A stretch of 64,000 bases of DNA. It comes from Squalus acanthias. Its lineage: Eukaryota. The notes under the pieces were generated by a model that saw only the letters and a program-made list of their open reading frames with translations, did no database searches and was not told where the DNA came from. The position numbers were made by a program, and so were the translations under genes. Below are positions 46,138 through 60,400 of this stretch, piece by piece. The first letter of the stretch is position 1. Every line of letters begins with the position of its first letter. The stretch covers positions 158,350,001 to 158,414,000 of the forward strand of contig CM059431.1 in NCBI GenBank assembly GCA_030390025.1, given 5' to 3'.

Positions 46138-48451
46138 GTAAGATTGCACCGCCGACAGTAATGATGCAGGAAATACAAATACTGAAATAACCAGTTGCAT
46201 TTTTGGTGGAGTAAAAGAAATACACTACTCACTTTGTTATTCTCTCCCTAAACTATCCACCTCTACGTCCCCTGGCAATCATTAAACTTATGCTCAAAAA
46301 CCTACTTTTTTGACTGCAATTCATCTACATCTTCTTGAACCCTTATTATCATTTTCGTTGTCCCGGATGTGTGCGTTCTTGCTTCAGTAAAACTCCTTTA
46401 TTTTCCACTTTAAAGACGTCGTACAAATGCAAGTTGTTGATGATGAGGTTTTGTCTTTATTAATAGAGATACCTCTCACGCCTTTCTCCGACCCGACTCC
46501 CGCAAATCCCTCTGAGTTTTATAGTGATGTACTAATAGTTCTTTAATTATACCAGCTACAGTCATGCATTGGCTAAATTATTGATGACTGCGTGATTATT
46601 TTCTATTCATATCGCAAACAGTTTTCCCAAAATTATTTCCTTATTACTCGGTGTAATGATATCCACAAAAATTAGTGTGATTGCAATTGAGTTCACAATA
46701 TTTCCAATTCACTTGTTAACCCGATCATCGTTTCCTTTCGCTGTTCAGTGGTATGTCTTGTACTTTTGAGCACCCGCTTGATCTTGGAGTTAAGGGAAAT
46801 AAATGAATGTAACATTCATCAATCGATGGGTTTCGAGTCGGACGCCCCCGTAAACTGACAACGCAACATCCCTGCCAATAAAGGGAAGATAACTATTTTA
46901 TTATCTGATAAATTAATTTCAGGTAAATCACAGCAGGATGCCGGTTAAGTGAGCAACGTCAAGAGGAAGTATCTTTGTCGGCGGGGGGAATAGAGGGAAT
47001 AACGAAATACATGTGAACCATAAGGAGTTAGTGAAGCATGGGGAGGCAGAATTAACAAAAAATGAAGTAGGCAGATGCCCGGATGAAGTAGGGTACGATG
47101 CGGGAAAAGTATGTAGAGCGAAATGTGAATTACATGCGGTTACGTAGGAGATACCTCAAAGAACAGGCGATTCCGCCCAACCAGACCATGCCGGCGTTTG
47201 TGCTCCACTCAAGCTGTGGAAATGCAAGTTGTTGTTGTGACTTATGTGGCTTATGTCTTTATTATACTAGGTATGAAACAGCAGATAACTGAGTTTTACA
47301 ATGACTCAAACTTAGTTCTAAATTAATTTCGCAAAATAACTTCAACTATATTTTGGAGAAATTACTGATCCGAGACTGAAACTAGATTTCCCCAGTGGGG
47401 AAAGGAAAGGACGCTGACTGAGAGTTTGATTGGACGCGCGTGTGTGAACACTCACAGCGAGACACGCGCACAAGTGGAGAGTTGTGATTGTAAAACAGCA
47501 GTTAAATCTACCACTTGTATATTAATGGCCAATTCTGAGATTGTCAGACCCCTAATTATATTCCAGAAATCAATGTTGTGCATCATCTCACTGTTTAAAG
47601 TTACATGATTCATAATATTATTCATAAGTGTTAATATTAGTGGAACAGTGGTAAGTGACCTCACCTGCTACAGTGCTGATTCCTCAGGTGCTGACACCAT
47701 GAGAGATATGGTCAATATATTCAAATAGAAGCACCAAACAGGACACATCACCAGTAACACACGGACAATGTCACAGCCCATAGAGACCAGCGGGATCACA
47801 TCCAGACATATATTGTGTGTGGATAGATATCATAGTCACAAACTACCAGAATTTAATAACAAATCTGAGCAAATCCAAAATATTAAACAAAAATCGGTGA
47901 ATAAATATAATATTATACCGCCAGAGTGTAAAACCTACTGAAGGATCATTTCATTCATCAACGATCACAAGCTCCATATTTCGCTGCAGAATATTCTCTA
48001 CCTCAGGAATAAGGCTTGTTTTGGCGTGCACCGTGAGTAAAGCATACAAACGGGCACTCTCAGTCCGGAATCCCGGCCGACGGGAGCCCATCTGGAACTC
48101 GGTTGTGGAGATCAACAACAAATTGTATTTATATAGCCCTTCGAACGGAGTAAAACGTCCCAAAAGCGCTTCACATGTATATTATAAGACAAAAACTTGA
48201 TACCGAGCCACGTAAGGAGAAAATAGGTTAGATAACTAAAAGCTTCGTCAAATAGGTTGGTTTTATGGAGCGACTTAAAGAAGGAAAGTGAAGTAGAGAG
48301 TCGGAGAGGTTTAGGGAAGGATTTCCAGAGCTTAGGGCCTAGGCAACAGATGGCACGGCCACCAATGCTTGAGCGATTATTATCAGGGATGCTCAAGAGG
48401 GCAGAAATATAGGAGCGCATTTATCTCACGGGGGCGGGGGGCGGGTGGATT

Positions 48452-49981
48452 TTTTATTCGTTTACGTGATGTGGGCGTCGCTGGAAAGGCTAGCATTTAT
48501 TGCCCATCCCTAATTGCCCTTGAGAAGGTGCTGGTGAGCTGCCTTCTTGAAAAGCTGCAGTCCGTATGGTGAAAATACTCCCATAGTGCTGTTATTTAGA
48601 GAGTTCCAGGATTTTGACCCAGCGACGATGACGTATCGGCGATATACTTCTAAGTCAGGATGGTGTGTGACTTGAAGGGGAAACCTGGCGGTGGTGGTGT
48701 TCCCATGCGCCTGCTTCCCTTGTCCTTCTAGGTGGTAGAGGTCGCTGGTTTGGTAGGTGCTGCCAAAGTATCCTTGGCGAGTTGCTGCAGTGCATCGTGT
48801 TGAAAGTACACACTGCAGCCACAGTACGCCGGTGGCGGAGGGAGTGGATGTTTAACGTGGTGGATGGGGTGCCAACAAGCGGGCTGCTTTGACCTGGATT
48901 GTGTCGATGTTCTTGAGTGTTGCTGGAGTTGCACTCATCAAGGCAAGTGGAGAGTATTCCATCGCACTCCTTACTTGTGATTTGCAGATGATGGAACGAC
49001 GTTGGGGAGTCAGGAGTTGATACACTCGCCGCAGAATACCTAGCCTCTGATCTGCTCTTGTTGCCACAGTTTTTATGTGGCTGATCTAGTTAAGTTTCAG
49101 GAAAACGGTGACCCCCAGGGTGTTGATGGTTGGGGATTCGGCGATGGTAATGCCGTTGAATGTCAAGCGGAGGTGGTTAGACTCTCGCTTGTTGGAGATA
49201 GTCATTGCCGGGTACTTCTGTGGCGCGAATGTTACCTGACAATTATCAGCAAAAGCCTGAACGTCGTCCAGGTCTTGTTGCATGCGGGCATGGACAGCTT
49301 CATTATCTGAGGAGATGTGAATGTCGCTGAACACTGTGCAGTCATCAGCGAACATCCCCTTTTCTGACCTTATGTTGGAGGGAAGGTCATTGATGAAGCA
49401 GCTGAAGATGGTTGGGTCTAGGACACTGCCCTGAGGAACTCCTGCAGCGATGTCCTGGGGCTGTGTTGATTGAGATTCAAAAACCAGAACCATCTTCCTT
49501 TGTGCTGGATATGTCTCCAACAATGGAGCGTTTCGCCCCCCCCCCCCCCGATTCCCATATGACTTCAGTCTTACTAGGGCTCCTTGATGCCACACGCAGT
49601 CAAATGCTGCCTTGATGTCAAGAACAGTTACTCTCACCTCCTGTGTCCATGTTTGAAACAAAGCTGTGATTCGGTCGGGAGCTGAGTGGACTTGGTGGAA
49701 CCCAAACTGGGCAACAGTGAGCCGGTTATTTGTGAGTTAGTGCCGCTAGATAGCACTATCGATGACACATTCAATCACATGGCTGATGATTGAGATCAGA
49801 CTAATCGGGTTGGATTTGTTAGTCTTTTTGTGGAAAGGACATACCTGGGCAGTTTACCAGTCGGATAGATGCCAGTGTTGTAGCTGTACTGGAACAGCTT
49901 GGCTTGAGGCGCGGCTATTTCTGGAGCACAAGTCTTCAGCAAGATAGCCGGGATGTTGTCGGGGCACATAGCCTTTGCTGG
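48452..49981 (-). mobile_element. CR1-group LINE fragment nested in the L2
   Basis: LDIKAAFDCVWHQG, GVPQGSVLDP, MFADDCT and QVRSAMEYSP motifs; has its own 3' end at ~48452. Confidence 0.85.
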
Positions 49982-51068
49982 AAGACATTAGAGGTAGGGA
50001 GGGTCGAGGCCATGGAGGGAATTGAAAACAAGGGTGAGAATTTTGAAATCGAGGCGTTGCTTAAACAGGAGCCAATGTAGTTCAGCGAGCACAGAGGTGA
50101 TGGGTGAACGGGTCTTGGTGTGAGTTAGGACACGTGCATCCGAGATATAGATGACGTCAGGATTACGTAGGGTAGATTGTGGGAGGCCAGCCAGGAGTGC
50201 GTTGGAATTTTCAAGTCTAGAGGTAACAAAGGCATGAATGAGGGTTCCAGCAGCAGATGTGCTGAGGCAGAGGCGGAGACGGACGATGTTACAGAGGTGG
50301 AAATAGGCGGTCTTAGTTATGCCGCAGATAGGTGGTCAAAAGCTCAGTTCAGTGTCAAAAATGACTATATGTTTGCCAAGAGTGTGGTTCGGCCTCAGGC
50401 AGATCTTAAGGAGAGGGATGGAGTCGGTGGCGGGAATGAAAACAATATCTTAGCAGTATTTGACTGGAGAACATTTCTGATCATTCACAACTGGATGTCG
50501 GACAAGAAGTCTGACAATTTAGAGACCGTGGAGGGGTCAAGAGAAGTGGCGGTGAGGTAGAGCTGGATGTCGTCAGCGTACATGTGGGAACTGACGCTGT
50601 GTTTTCCGATGATGTCGTCAAGGGGCAGCATGTAGATGAGGAATCGCAGGGGGCCAAGGATAGATTATTGTGAGACACCAGACGTAACCTTGTGGGAGCG
50701 GGAAGAGAAGTCATTCCAGGTGTGTCTCCGGCTACAACAGATAAGAATGGAACCAGACGAGTGCAGCCCCACCCACCCCCCACCCCCCAGCTGTACGACG
50801 CTGGAAAGGCGCTGGAGGACTGTGGAGTGGTCAACCGTGTCAAAGGCTGCTGAGAAGTTGGGAAGGACGAGGAGGGATATTTTGTCTTTGACAAAGTCGC
50901 AAACGGTGTCAATTGTGACTTAGATGAGAGCCGTTTCGGTACCGTGGCAATAGCGGAAACCTGATTGGTGGGATTCAAACATGGAGTTCCGGGAAAGATG
51001 GGCATGGATTTGGGAGGTGACAACATATTCAAGGATTTTGGAGCGGAAAGGGAGGTAGGAAATGGGGC

Positions 51069-51619
51069 ATAAATAACAACAGAAAACGCTGGAAAAACTC
51101 AGCAGGCCAGGCAGCATCCGTGGAGAGAGAAAGAGAGTTGACGTTTCAGGTCGATGACCTTTCATCAGAACTGGGAAGAGCTGGAAATCAAATAGATTTA
51201 AGGCCAGGGTAAAGCTGGGAAAAGGGGGAGGGGATAAAGGAACAAAGGAGGAGATGAAGAGACATTAAGAGACATTAAGAGATATGCAAGGCTAGAGGTG
51301 GTGTTAATGTGACAGATTAAGGCTGAATGAAGTGTGAAATCTACTGGCAGAATGAAGGACAGCTGCCAGCTTCTAGGAGGAAAAAAAAGGTGGGGGGGAC
51401 AAATAAAAGGGTGGATAAAATAAAATATAAATGTGATTGGAGCTGAGGTTATGATCTAAAATTGTTGAACTCGATATTGAGTCCAGAGGGCTGTAGCGTG
51501 CCTAAACGAAAGATGAGGTGCTGTTCCTCGAGCTTACGCTGAGCTTCCGTGGAACAGTGTATTAGGCCGAGGACGGTGAGGTCAGAGTGGGAGTGAAGCG
51601 GTGAATTAAAGTGAATTAA
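51069..51619 (-). mobile_element. Penelope-like 3' fragment nested in the L2, with a 12-bp direct repeat
   Basis: QRKLEEQHLIFRLGTLQPSGLNIEFNNF (GIY-YIG C-terminus); aggaaatggggc at 51057-51068 and 51620-51631. Confidence 0.85.
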
Positions 51620-53999
51620 AGGAAATGGGGCGATAGATTGCAAGAACGGAGGAGTCGAGGGTTGTTTTTTTGAGGAGAGTGGTGATGAAGGCAGGTTTGA
51701 AGGAGAGGGGCTCAGTACCTGAGGAGAGAGAACCGTTAACAATGTCAGCTAAGAAAGGAGCCAGACAAGGAATTTGAGTGTTCAGCAGTTTGCTGGGAAT
51801 AGGGTCGAGGGAGCAGGACCTGGGTCTCATATGAGCACGGCGAAGTCAGGAGCGGAGATCGGAGAGAAACTGGAGAAAAATGCCAGTTCAGGGGTGGGGC
51901 AGGGGGTAGAGTTTGGGGAAGTTTGGCCTGGTGGGCTAAGGGAAGGAAGAGAAGTGGCAGAGGCAGCTGATAGTAGGGTGTCAATCTTAGAAACAAAGAA
52001 GTTCATGAGCTCCACGCTCTTGTTATTTGAGGTGAGAGTGGAGGAGACAGGGAATAGGGGTATAAGAATTAGGTTAGCCGTGGAGAATAGAAGCCAGGGT
52101 TTAGCTTTGCATTCCAATAATGATTCTGGAATAGTGAGCATTTTTGGCAGACGAGAGCAAGAACCTTTAATGCTTTATGTGGTCCAGCCAGATGTGATGA
52201 CGAAAGACTAAATCAGTTGTCCGCCATATCTGTTCAAGTCTGCGTCTCTTGGAATTAAGGGAGCTAAGATCAGACCCATACCTGTTGGAACAGCCAGGGT
52301 GAGACAGTGTAATTGATTTAATAGGGTCTACGGCATCGAAGGTGGTGGTGAGGGTGTGGTTGAAAAGATCAGTAGCTGCAGAAATGTTGTGGTGAATGGA
52401 GGGCCAAAGGCTGTTTTTTGGGATTTCATAAGTTCAGTTGTAAGAGAGTTGGGAGAGAGTTTTTTTTTCCAGGGGAGGAAACAGAATGTAGTAGGGTTTG
52501 GGGAGAAAGTGGAGGTGGGTGGAGAGTGACAGAAGCAAATGGTCAGAGAAGGCTTTATTTGCGATTGACACGATGGGTGTAGCGAGGCCACGAGAGATGG
52601 TAAGGTCGAGGGTGTGGCCCTTAATATGGGTTTGGGCGTTTACATGGAAGGAGAGATTAAGGGAGTTTGAAGGGCAGTGAACTCAGAGGAGAGAGAGCAT
52701 CACAATTTGAGATGAAGGTTGAAATCACCGAGGATGAGAAGTCGCTCGGTGCAGAGGCTGAGGGACGAGATCAGTGAAGCTATCTCGGTGATAAAATTAT
52801 AATGTTATTTGGGTGGGGGATAGAGAACGAGAATTTTAAATGTGGTGAGAGTTGTGGAATAATGTGTGATGCTCAAAGGAGGATAAAGTGGTGGAGGAGT
52901 AGGGAGACAGACCAAGGTGAGATTTGGTGATAAGAGCCACACTGCCGCCATGGTTGTCTTGGCTGGGCAAGTGGTGGAAGGTATAGCCAGGTGGGGATGC
53001 TTCATTTTAGGGTAAGGTGTCATCACCCCTTGCCAAGTTTCCATCAGGGCCATGATGTCGATGCAATCATCCATGATAAGCTCATGGATGGCAAGGACCT
53101 TGTTCGATGGCGAATGGACAATCTGGAGAGAAATGGGGAGAGGTTCGGTGATGGCTAACGCATTGCCAGTGTCCACAGGTTTATCGCTGGGAGTGGTGAG
53201 TTAGACGGGAAGGAGATTGGCAAGATTAGCAATCAGCGTGTCGACTGGGAGGGAAGGTCCGCGAAAGAGTAGGATAATACATTTGGGGTTGCTGCTCGTG
53301 AGGAGGAAGCAACAAATGCCACCGTAGGCCGTTCGGAGAATGCAAAGACAGGCACAGAGGAAAGCTGTAGACTTATCTAAGAGGGTTTCAAGGCTGGGAC
53401 GTCACCAGGAGATTAGGAAGGTCGAAGAGTAATGAAGGGTTGGTGTAGGGATTTGGAAGAGCAGTGTATCCGAGAGAGGAGAGATGAAAGGAGACATAAT
53501 GAGAGCAGAGAGCAATCAGGGAGGGATAGAGAGTTAAGGTAAAGGAGAGAAAAGAGTGAAAATAGAAGTGAACAGCTCGTATCCGCAGCGCCAGCCAACA
53601 TGCACACGAAAGATCAGCAGAACTCACTGGCTTTCATTGGGCAGCTGTCTTTGTCACACCTGAAGTGACATGTTGATCATAACACTCGGGAAATGTTCAC
53701 ACCCAGAGCTAACAGCTGTTGTACTGATGGGGGAGGAGTGACTTGATATCATGTTTAACAAGGCAGCGTTCTCCTTCTCATTTTAATACTCCCATCTAAC
53801 ACTCCTGTTAATATTATACTGTTTACAGAGCATCAGAATATTGGGACGCCTGTCCCGACCATGGCTGAAGGTCCAAACAGGGGAGAAGATCGTGCATCTT
53901 CAAAAAGGATAAGGAAAGACACAGGTATGTTCAGAAAATGCTTTAACATATAATTCCTGTCCTTACAAATGGTCCAGATCACGTGCAAGAACCTGTAGC

Positions 54000-54460
54000 T
54001 CACACAGGAAGAGGGAACAGGACAGGGGCTGAGTAGAAAAAGCGATGTGAGTGACCATCTGGAGGGGCATCACAGTCAGAGGTGGAGTGAGGCACTGAGT
54101 ACTGGAACTGTTCATTAGATACCTGGTATTGTGGACTGTAAGATGGATAGAGACAGTGACTCAGAGGAGAGTCTTCCTGTGCAACAATGTGGTACCAGGG
54201 AGCAGGATGCCACCCAAAGTGGGGTGAGAGACATATGATGCATTGGAAAAGTAGATCAATAGTGGTGGGACTTTTAATATTCAGGGGAATAGACAGACTC
54301 CTATGCAGCCCAGAGCAGGTGCCGAATGTTAAGATGCCTCCCTCGTGCCAGAGGGAAGAACATCCTGGAACAGGTGGGAACATCTCTGGGAAGGAAAGGA
54401 GAGCAGAAATTACCCATGGTCGGAATCAGTAACACGGATAGAAAAACATTTATAGAGGGA
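54000..54460 (+). mobile_element. Decayed CR1 ORF1 (SGNH esterase-like) fragment
   Basis: IVVG...FRGIDR..C and RCLPRARGKNILEQ resemble CR1 ORF1 VVGDSIIRG.DR and CCLPGARVKDI. Confidence 0.6.
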
Positions 54461-54464
54461 ATAT

Positions 54465-57400
54465 GTTGGGCTGGGTCAGTGTGGTGTCGATGTTGGATCA
54501 GTGAGGGTGTCTTTTTTGGGCTCTGTCAGTAAGGTGTCGGTGTTGGACTGTTTCATTGCGGTGTCGGTGTTGTGCTGGGTCAGCGAGGTGTTGGTGTGTG
54601 GCTGGGTCAGTGTGGTGTCGGTGATGGACTGTTTCATTGCAGTGTCGGTGTTGTGCTGGGTCAGCGAGGTGCCGGTGTGTGGCTGGGTCAGTGAGGTGTC
54701 GGTGATGTGCTGGGTCTTTGGGCTGTCGGGGTTGTTCTAGGTCAGTGGGGTGTCGGTGTTGGCTGTGTCAGTGGGGTGTCGGAGTTGGGCTGTGTCAGTG
54801 GGGTGTCGGAGTTGGGCTGTGTCAGTGGGGTGTCGGTGTTGGGCTGTGTTAGTGGGGTGTCGGTATTGGAGAGAGAGAGAGTGAGAGGGTCAGTGGGGTG
54901 TCGAGGTAGGGTGCATCAGTGCAGGTCGGTTTCGCTCTAGGTCAGTGGGATGTCAGTGTAGAGCTATGTCAGTGGGGTGTCGGTGTTGGGCTGTGTAAGT
55001 GAGATATCGGTGTTGGGTTGCGTCTGTGGCGTGTAGGTATTGACTGTATCAGTTGGGGTGCCGTTGTTTGGCTGGATCAGTGGGGTGTCGGTGTTGAGCT
55101 GGGTGAGTGGGGTGGCAGTTTTGGGCTTGGTTAGTTGGGTGCCGCTGTTTGGCTGGATCAGTTTGGTGTCGATGTTGAGCTGGGTCATTGCGGTGTCGGT
55201 ATTTGATTGGGTCAGTGGAGTGAGGGTGTTGGGCTCGGTCATTGGGGTTTGTGTATTGATCTGGGTCAGTGTTTTGGTCGTTTAGGGCTGGGTCAGCGGG
55301 TTGTCGTTGTATGGCTGGCTCTGTGGAGTTTCGGTGTAGGGCTGGGTCAGTGAGGTGTTGGTGTTGCGCTGGGTCAGTGGCTTGTCGGTGTTGCGCTGTG
55401 TCAGTGGGGTGTCGCTGACGGGCCAGTGAGGAATTCGATGTTGAGCTGTGTCATAGGGGTGTCAGTTTTGGGATCGGTCAATGCGGTGTCTGTTTAGGGC
55501 TGGCTCAGTGGACTGCCGTTGTAGGGTTGGGTCAGTGGTGTGTCGGTCTTGAGCAAGGTCAGTGCGGTGTCGGTGTTGGGCTGGGTCAGTATGGTGTCGG
55601 TGTTAGATCAGTGAGGGTGTCTTTATTGGGCTCTGTCAGTGGGGTGTCGGTGTTGGACTGTTTCATTGCGGTGTCGGTGTTGTGCTGGGTCAGCGAGGTG
55701 CCGGTGTGTGGCTGGGTCAGTGGGGTGTCGGTGTTCGGCTGCGTCAGTGGGGTGTCGGAGTTGGGTGGTGTCAGTGGGGCATCGGTGTTGTGCTGTTTCA
55801 GTGGGGTGTCGGAGTTGGGTGGTGTCAGTGGGGTGTCGGTGTTGGGCTGTTTCAGTGGGGTATCGGTGTTGGGCTGTGTCAGTGGGGTTTCGGAGTTGGG
55901 CTGTGTCAGTGGTGTGTCGGTGTTGGGCTGTGTTAGTGGGATGTCAGTGTTGGACTGTGTCAGTCGGGCTTCGGTATTGGACTGTATCAGTTGGAGTGTC
56001 GTTGTTTTGCTGGATCAGTGGGGTGTCGGTTTTGGGCTGTGTCAGTGGGGTGTCGGTTTTGGGCTGTTTCAGTGGGGTGTCGGTGTTGGGCTGTGTCAGT
56101 GGGGTGTCGGTGTTGTGCTTGGTGAATGGGGTGGCAGGTTTGGGCTGGGTCAGTGGGGTGACGGTGTTGGGCTGGGTCAGTGGTGTTTGGGTGTAGGGCT
56201 GGTTCAGTGTGGTTTCGTTTAGGGATGGGTCAGCGTGTTGTCGTTGTATGTCTGTGTCCGTGGGGGTTCGGTGTAGGTCTGGGTCAGTGGTGTATCTGTG
56301 TTGGTCTGGGTCAGTGTGGTGTCGCAGTCGAGCCAGTGAGAGTTTCCGTGTTGGGCTGGGTCAGAGGGGTATCGGTGTTGTGCTGTTTTAGGTGGGTTTT
56401 TGGTGTAGGGCTTGCAAAGTGTGGTGACGTTGTAGGTCTGGGTAAGTGGGGTCTCGGTCTTTGTGCAAGGTGAGTGGGGTGTCACTATTGTGTCAGAGAG
56501 GGTGTCGGTGTTGAATGGTGTCAATCGGCTGCCGGTGTAAGAGTTGTCCAGTGGAGAGTCGGTGTAGGGCTGGGTCAGTGGGGTGTCGGTGTTGTGTCAG
56601 TTAGGTTGTCGGTGTTTTGCTGGGACAGTGGGGTGTTTGTGTATGGCAGTGTCAGTGTGTTGTCGGTGTTGTGCTGGGTGAGTGGGGTTTCGGTGTTGGG
56701 CTGTGTGAGTGGGGTGTCGGTGCTGTGCTGATCAGTAGGGTGTCTGTGTTGTGTTGCTCAGTTGGGTTTCGGTGTTGGGCTGTGTCAGTGGGGTGTCGTT
56801 TTGGGCTGGGTCAGTGGATTCTCGTTCTATGTCTGTGTCGGTGGGGTTTCGGAGTAGAGCTGTGTCAGTGGGGTATCTGTGTTAGCCTGGGTCAGTGGAG
56901 TGTCGCTGTCCGGCTAGTGAGGGATTTGGTGTCGGGCTGGGTCATTGGGCTATCGGGTTTGGGCTGTGTTAGTGAGGTTTCGGTGTACGGCTGTCTCAGT
57001 GGGCTGCCGTCGTAGGTCTGTGTCAGTGGGCTGTCGGTCTTTTGGTAAGGTGAGTGGGGTATCGCTGGTGGGTCAGTGAGGGTCTCGGTGTTGGGCTGGG
57101 TAAGTGGGGTGTCGGTCTTGGCCTAGGCCAGTGGGATGATCGGTGTAGGACTGGGTCAGTGGGGTGTCGGTGTTGTGTCAGTTAGGTTGTCGGTGTTTTG
57201 CTGGGACAGTGGGGTGTTTGTGTATGGCAGTGTCAGTGTGTTGTCGGTGTTGTGCTGGGTGAGTGGGGTTTCGGTGTTGGGCTCTGTGAGTGGGGTGTCG
57301 GTGTTGTGCTGATCGGTGGGGTGTCTGTGTTGTGTTGCTCAGTTGGGTTTCGGTGTTGGGCTGTGTCAGTGGGGTGTCGTTTTGGGCTGGGTCAGTGGGT

Positions 57401-60400
57401 TCTTGTTCTTTGTCTGTGTCGGTGGGGTTTCGGTGTAGAGCTGTTTCAGTGGGGTATCTGTGTTAGCCTGGGTCAGTGGAGTGTCGCTGTCCGGCTAGTG
57501 AGGGATTTGGTGTCGGGCTGGGTCATTGGGCTATCGGGTGTGGGCTGTGTTAGTGAGGTTTCGGTGTACGGCTGTCTCAGCGGGCTGCCGTTGTAGGTCT
57601 GTGTCAGTGGGCTGTCGGTCTTTGGGTAAGGTGAGTGGGATATCGCTGGTGGGTCAGTGAGGGTCTCGGTGTTGGGCTTGCTAAGTGGGGTGCCGCTGTC
57701 GGGCTTGGTCAGAGAGGATGTCGGTTTTGGCCTGGGTAAGTGGTGTGTCTGTGTAGGCCTGGGTCAGTGCGTTTTCGGGTTGTTGCCGGGGCAGTGGATT
57801 TCGGTGTTTTGCTGGGTCAGTGAGGTTGTCGGTGTTGGGCTGGTTCAGTGGGGTGTCGGGGTTGTGCTGGGTCAGTGGGGTGTCGGTGTTGGGCTGGTTC
57901 AGTGGGGTGTCGGTGTTGGGCTGGTTCAGTGGGTGTGGGTGGTGGGCTGGGACAGTGGGGTGTCGGTGTTGTGCTGGGTCAGTGGGGTGTCGGTGTTGGG
58001 CTGTGTCTGTGGGGTGTCGGTGTTGGGCTGTGTTAGTGGGGTGTCAGTGTTGGGCTGTGTCAGTGGGGTGTCGGTATTGGAGAGAGAAAGAGTGAGAGGG
58101 TAAGTGGGGTGTCGGGGTAGGGTGCATCAGTGGAGGTCAGTTTCGGTCTAGGTCAGTGGTGTTTCAGTGTAGGGCTGGCTCAGTGGTGTATCGGTCTTGG
58201 TCAATGTCAGTGGGGTGTCGATGTTGTGTCAGTGAGGGTGTCAGTCTTGGGCTATGTCAGTAGGGTGTCGGTGTTGGGCTGTGTAAGTGGGATGTCGGTG
58301 TTGGGTTGCGTCTGTGGCGTGTAGGTATTGACTGCATCAGTTGGGGTGCCGTTATTTGGCTGGATCAGTGGGGTGTCGGTGTTGAGCTGGGTGAGTGGGG
58401 TGGCAGTTTTGGGCTGGGTTAGTTGGGTGCCGCTGTTTGGCTGGATCAGTTTGGTGTCGGTGTTGAGCTGGGTCATTGCGGTGTCGGTATTTGATTGGGT
58501 CAGTAGAGTGAGGGTGTTGGGCTCGGTCATTGGGGTTTGGGTATTGATCTGGGTCAGTGTGGGGCCGTTTAGGGCTGGGTCAGTGTTGTGTCGGTCTTGA
58601 GCAAGGTCAGTGCGGTGTCGCTGTTGGGTCAGTGAGGTGTCGGTGTTGGGCTGGGTCAGTATGGTGTCGCTGTTGGATCAGTGATGGTGTCTGTGTTGGG
58701 CTCTGTCACTGGGGTGTCGGTGTAGGACTGTTTCATTGAGGTGTCGGTGTTGTGCTGGCTCAGCGAGGTGCCGGAGTGTGGCTGGGTCAGTGGGGTGTCG
58801 GAGTTGGGTGGTTTCAGTGGGGTATCGGTGTTGGGCTGTGTCAGTGGGGTATCGGTGTTGGGCTGTGACAGTGGGGTGTCGGAGTTGGGCTGTGTCAGTG
58901 GGGTGTCGGTGTTGGGCTGTGTTAGTTGGGTGTCAGTGTTGGACTGTGTCAGTGGGGCTTCGGTATTGGACTGTATCAGTGGGGGTGTCGTTGCTTGGCT
59001 GGATCAGTGGGGTGTCGGTTTCGGGCTGTGTCAGTGGGGTGTCGGTGTTGGGATGGGTCAGTGGGGTGTCGGTGTTGTGCTGGGTGAATGGGGTGGAAAG
59101 TTTGGGCTTGTTCAGTGCGGTGACGGTGTTGGGATGGGTCATTGGTGTTTGGGTGTAGGGCTGGTTCAGTGTGGTTTCGTTTATGGATGGGTCACGCGTG
59201 TTGTCGTTGTATGCCTCTGTCCGTGGGGGTTCAGTGTAGGACTGGGTCAGTGGTGTATCTGTGTTGGGCTGGGTAAGAGGGGTGTCTCTGTCAGGCCAGT
59301 GAGAGTTTCCATGTTGGGCTGGGTCAGAGGGGTGTCGGTGTTGTGCTGTTTTAGGTGGGTTTTTGGTGTAGGGCTGGCAAAGTGTGGTGACGTTGTAGGC
59401 CTGGGTAAGTGGGGTCTCGGTCTTTTGGCAAGGTAAGTGGGGTGTCACTATTGTGTCAGAGAGGGTGTCGGTGTTGAATGGGGGCAATCGGCTGCCGGGG
59501 TAAGACTTGTCCAGTGGAGTGTCGGTGTAAGGCTGGGTCAGTGGGGTGTCGGTGTTGTGTCAGTTAGGTTGTCGGTGTTTTGCTGGGACAGTGGGGTGTT
59601 TGTGTATGGCAGTGTCAGTATGTTGTCGGTGTTGTGCTGGGTCAGTGGGGTGTCGGTGCTGGTCTGGGTGAGTGGGGTGTCGCTGTTGTGCTGGTCAGTG
59701 GGGTGTCGGTGTTGTGTTTGTGTTGCTCAGTTGGGTTTCAGTGTTGGGCTGTGTCAGTGGGGTGTCGTTTTGGGCTGGCTCACTGGGTTCTCGTTCTATG
59801 TCTGCGTCGGTGGGGTTTCGGTGTAGAGCTGGGTCAGTGGGGTATCAGTGTTAGCCTGGGTCAGTGGAGTGTCGCTGTCCGGCTAGTGAGGGATTCGGTG
59901 TCGGGCTGGGTCATTGGGCTATCGGTTTTGCGCTGTGTTAGTGAGGTTTCGGTGTACGGCTGTCTCAGTGGGCTGCCGTTGTAGGTCTGTGTCACTGGGC
60001 TGTCGGTCTTTGGGTAAGGTGAGTGGGGTATCGCTGGTGGGTCAGTGAGGTTCTCGGTGTTGGGCTTGGTCAGTGGGGTGTCAGTGTAGCGCTGGGTCAG
60101 TGTGCTGTCGGCTGGTTGCCGGTTCAGTGAATGTCGGTGTTTTGCTGGATCAGTGTGGTGTCGAAGTTTGGCTGGGTCAGTGTGCTGTCGGTGTTGGGCT
60201 GGGTAGGTGCGGTGCCGGTGTCGGGTTGGGTCAGAGAGCATGTCGGTTTTGGCCTGGGTAAGTGGTGTGTCTGTGTAAGCCTGGGTCAGTGTGTTTTCGG
60301 GTTGTTGCCGGGTCAGTGGATTTTGGTGTTTTGCTGGGTCAGTGAGGTTGTCGGTGTTGGGCTGGGTCAGTCAGTTGTCGGTGTTGGGCTGGGTCAGTGG

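Larger units (their letters stand above)
48118..53330 (-). mobile_element. Decayed L2 LINE (endonuclease and RT to 3' tail) interrupted by two nested insertions
   Basis: NKVLAIHELIMDDCIDIMALMETW (endonuclease); SCSLDPIPSKLL and QSGFRYCHGTETAL (RT); L2-type tail acaacaacaaattgtatttatatagc at ~48118. Confidence 0.85.

Noticed and set aside
47378..47445. Palindrome tttcccc-agt-ggggaaa with IRF/NF-kB-like motifs and a CCAAT box as an immune promoter
   Set aside because: Imperfect matches to consensus and no linked first exon could be shown.
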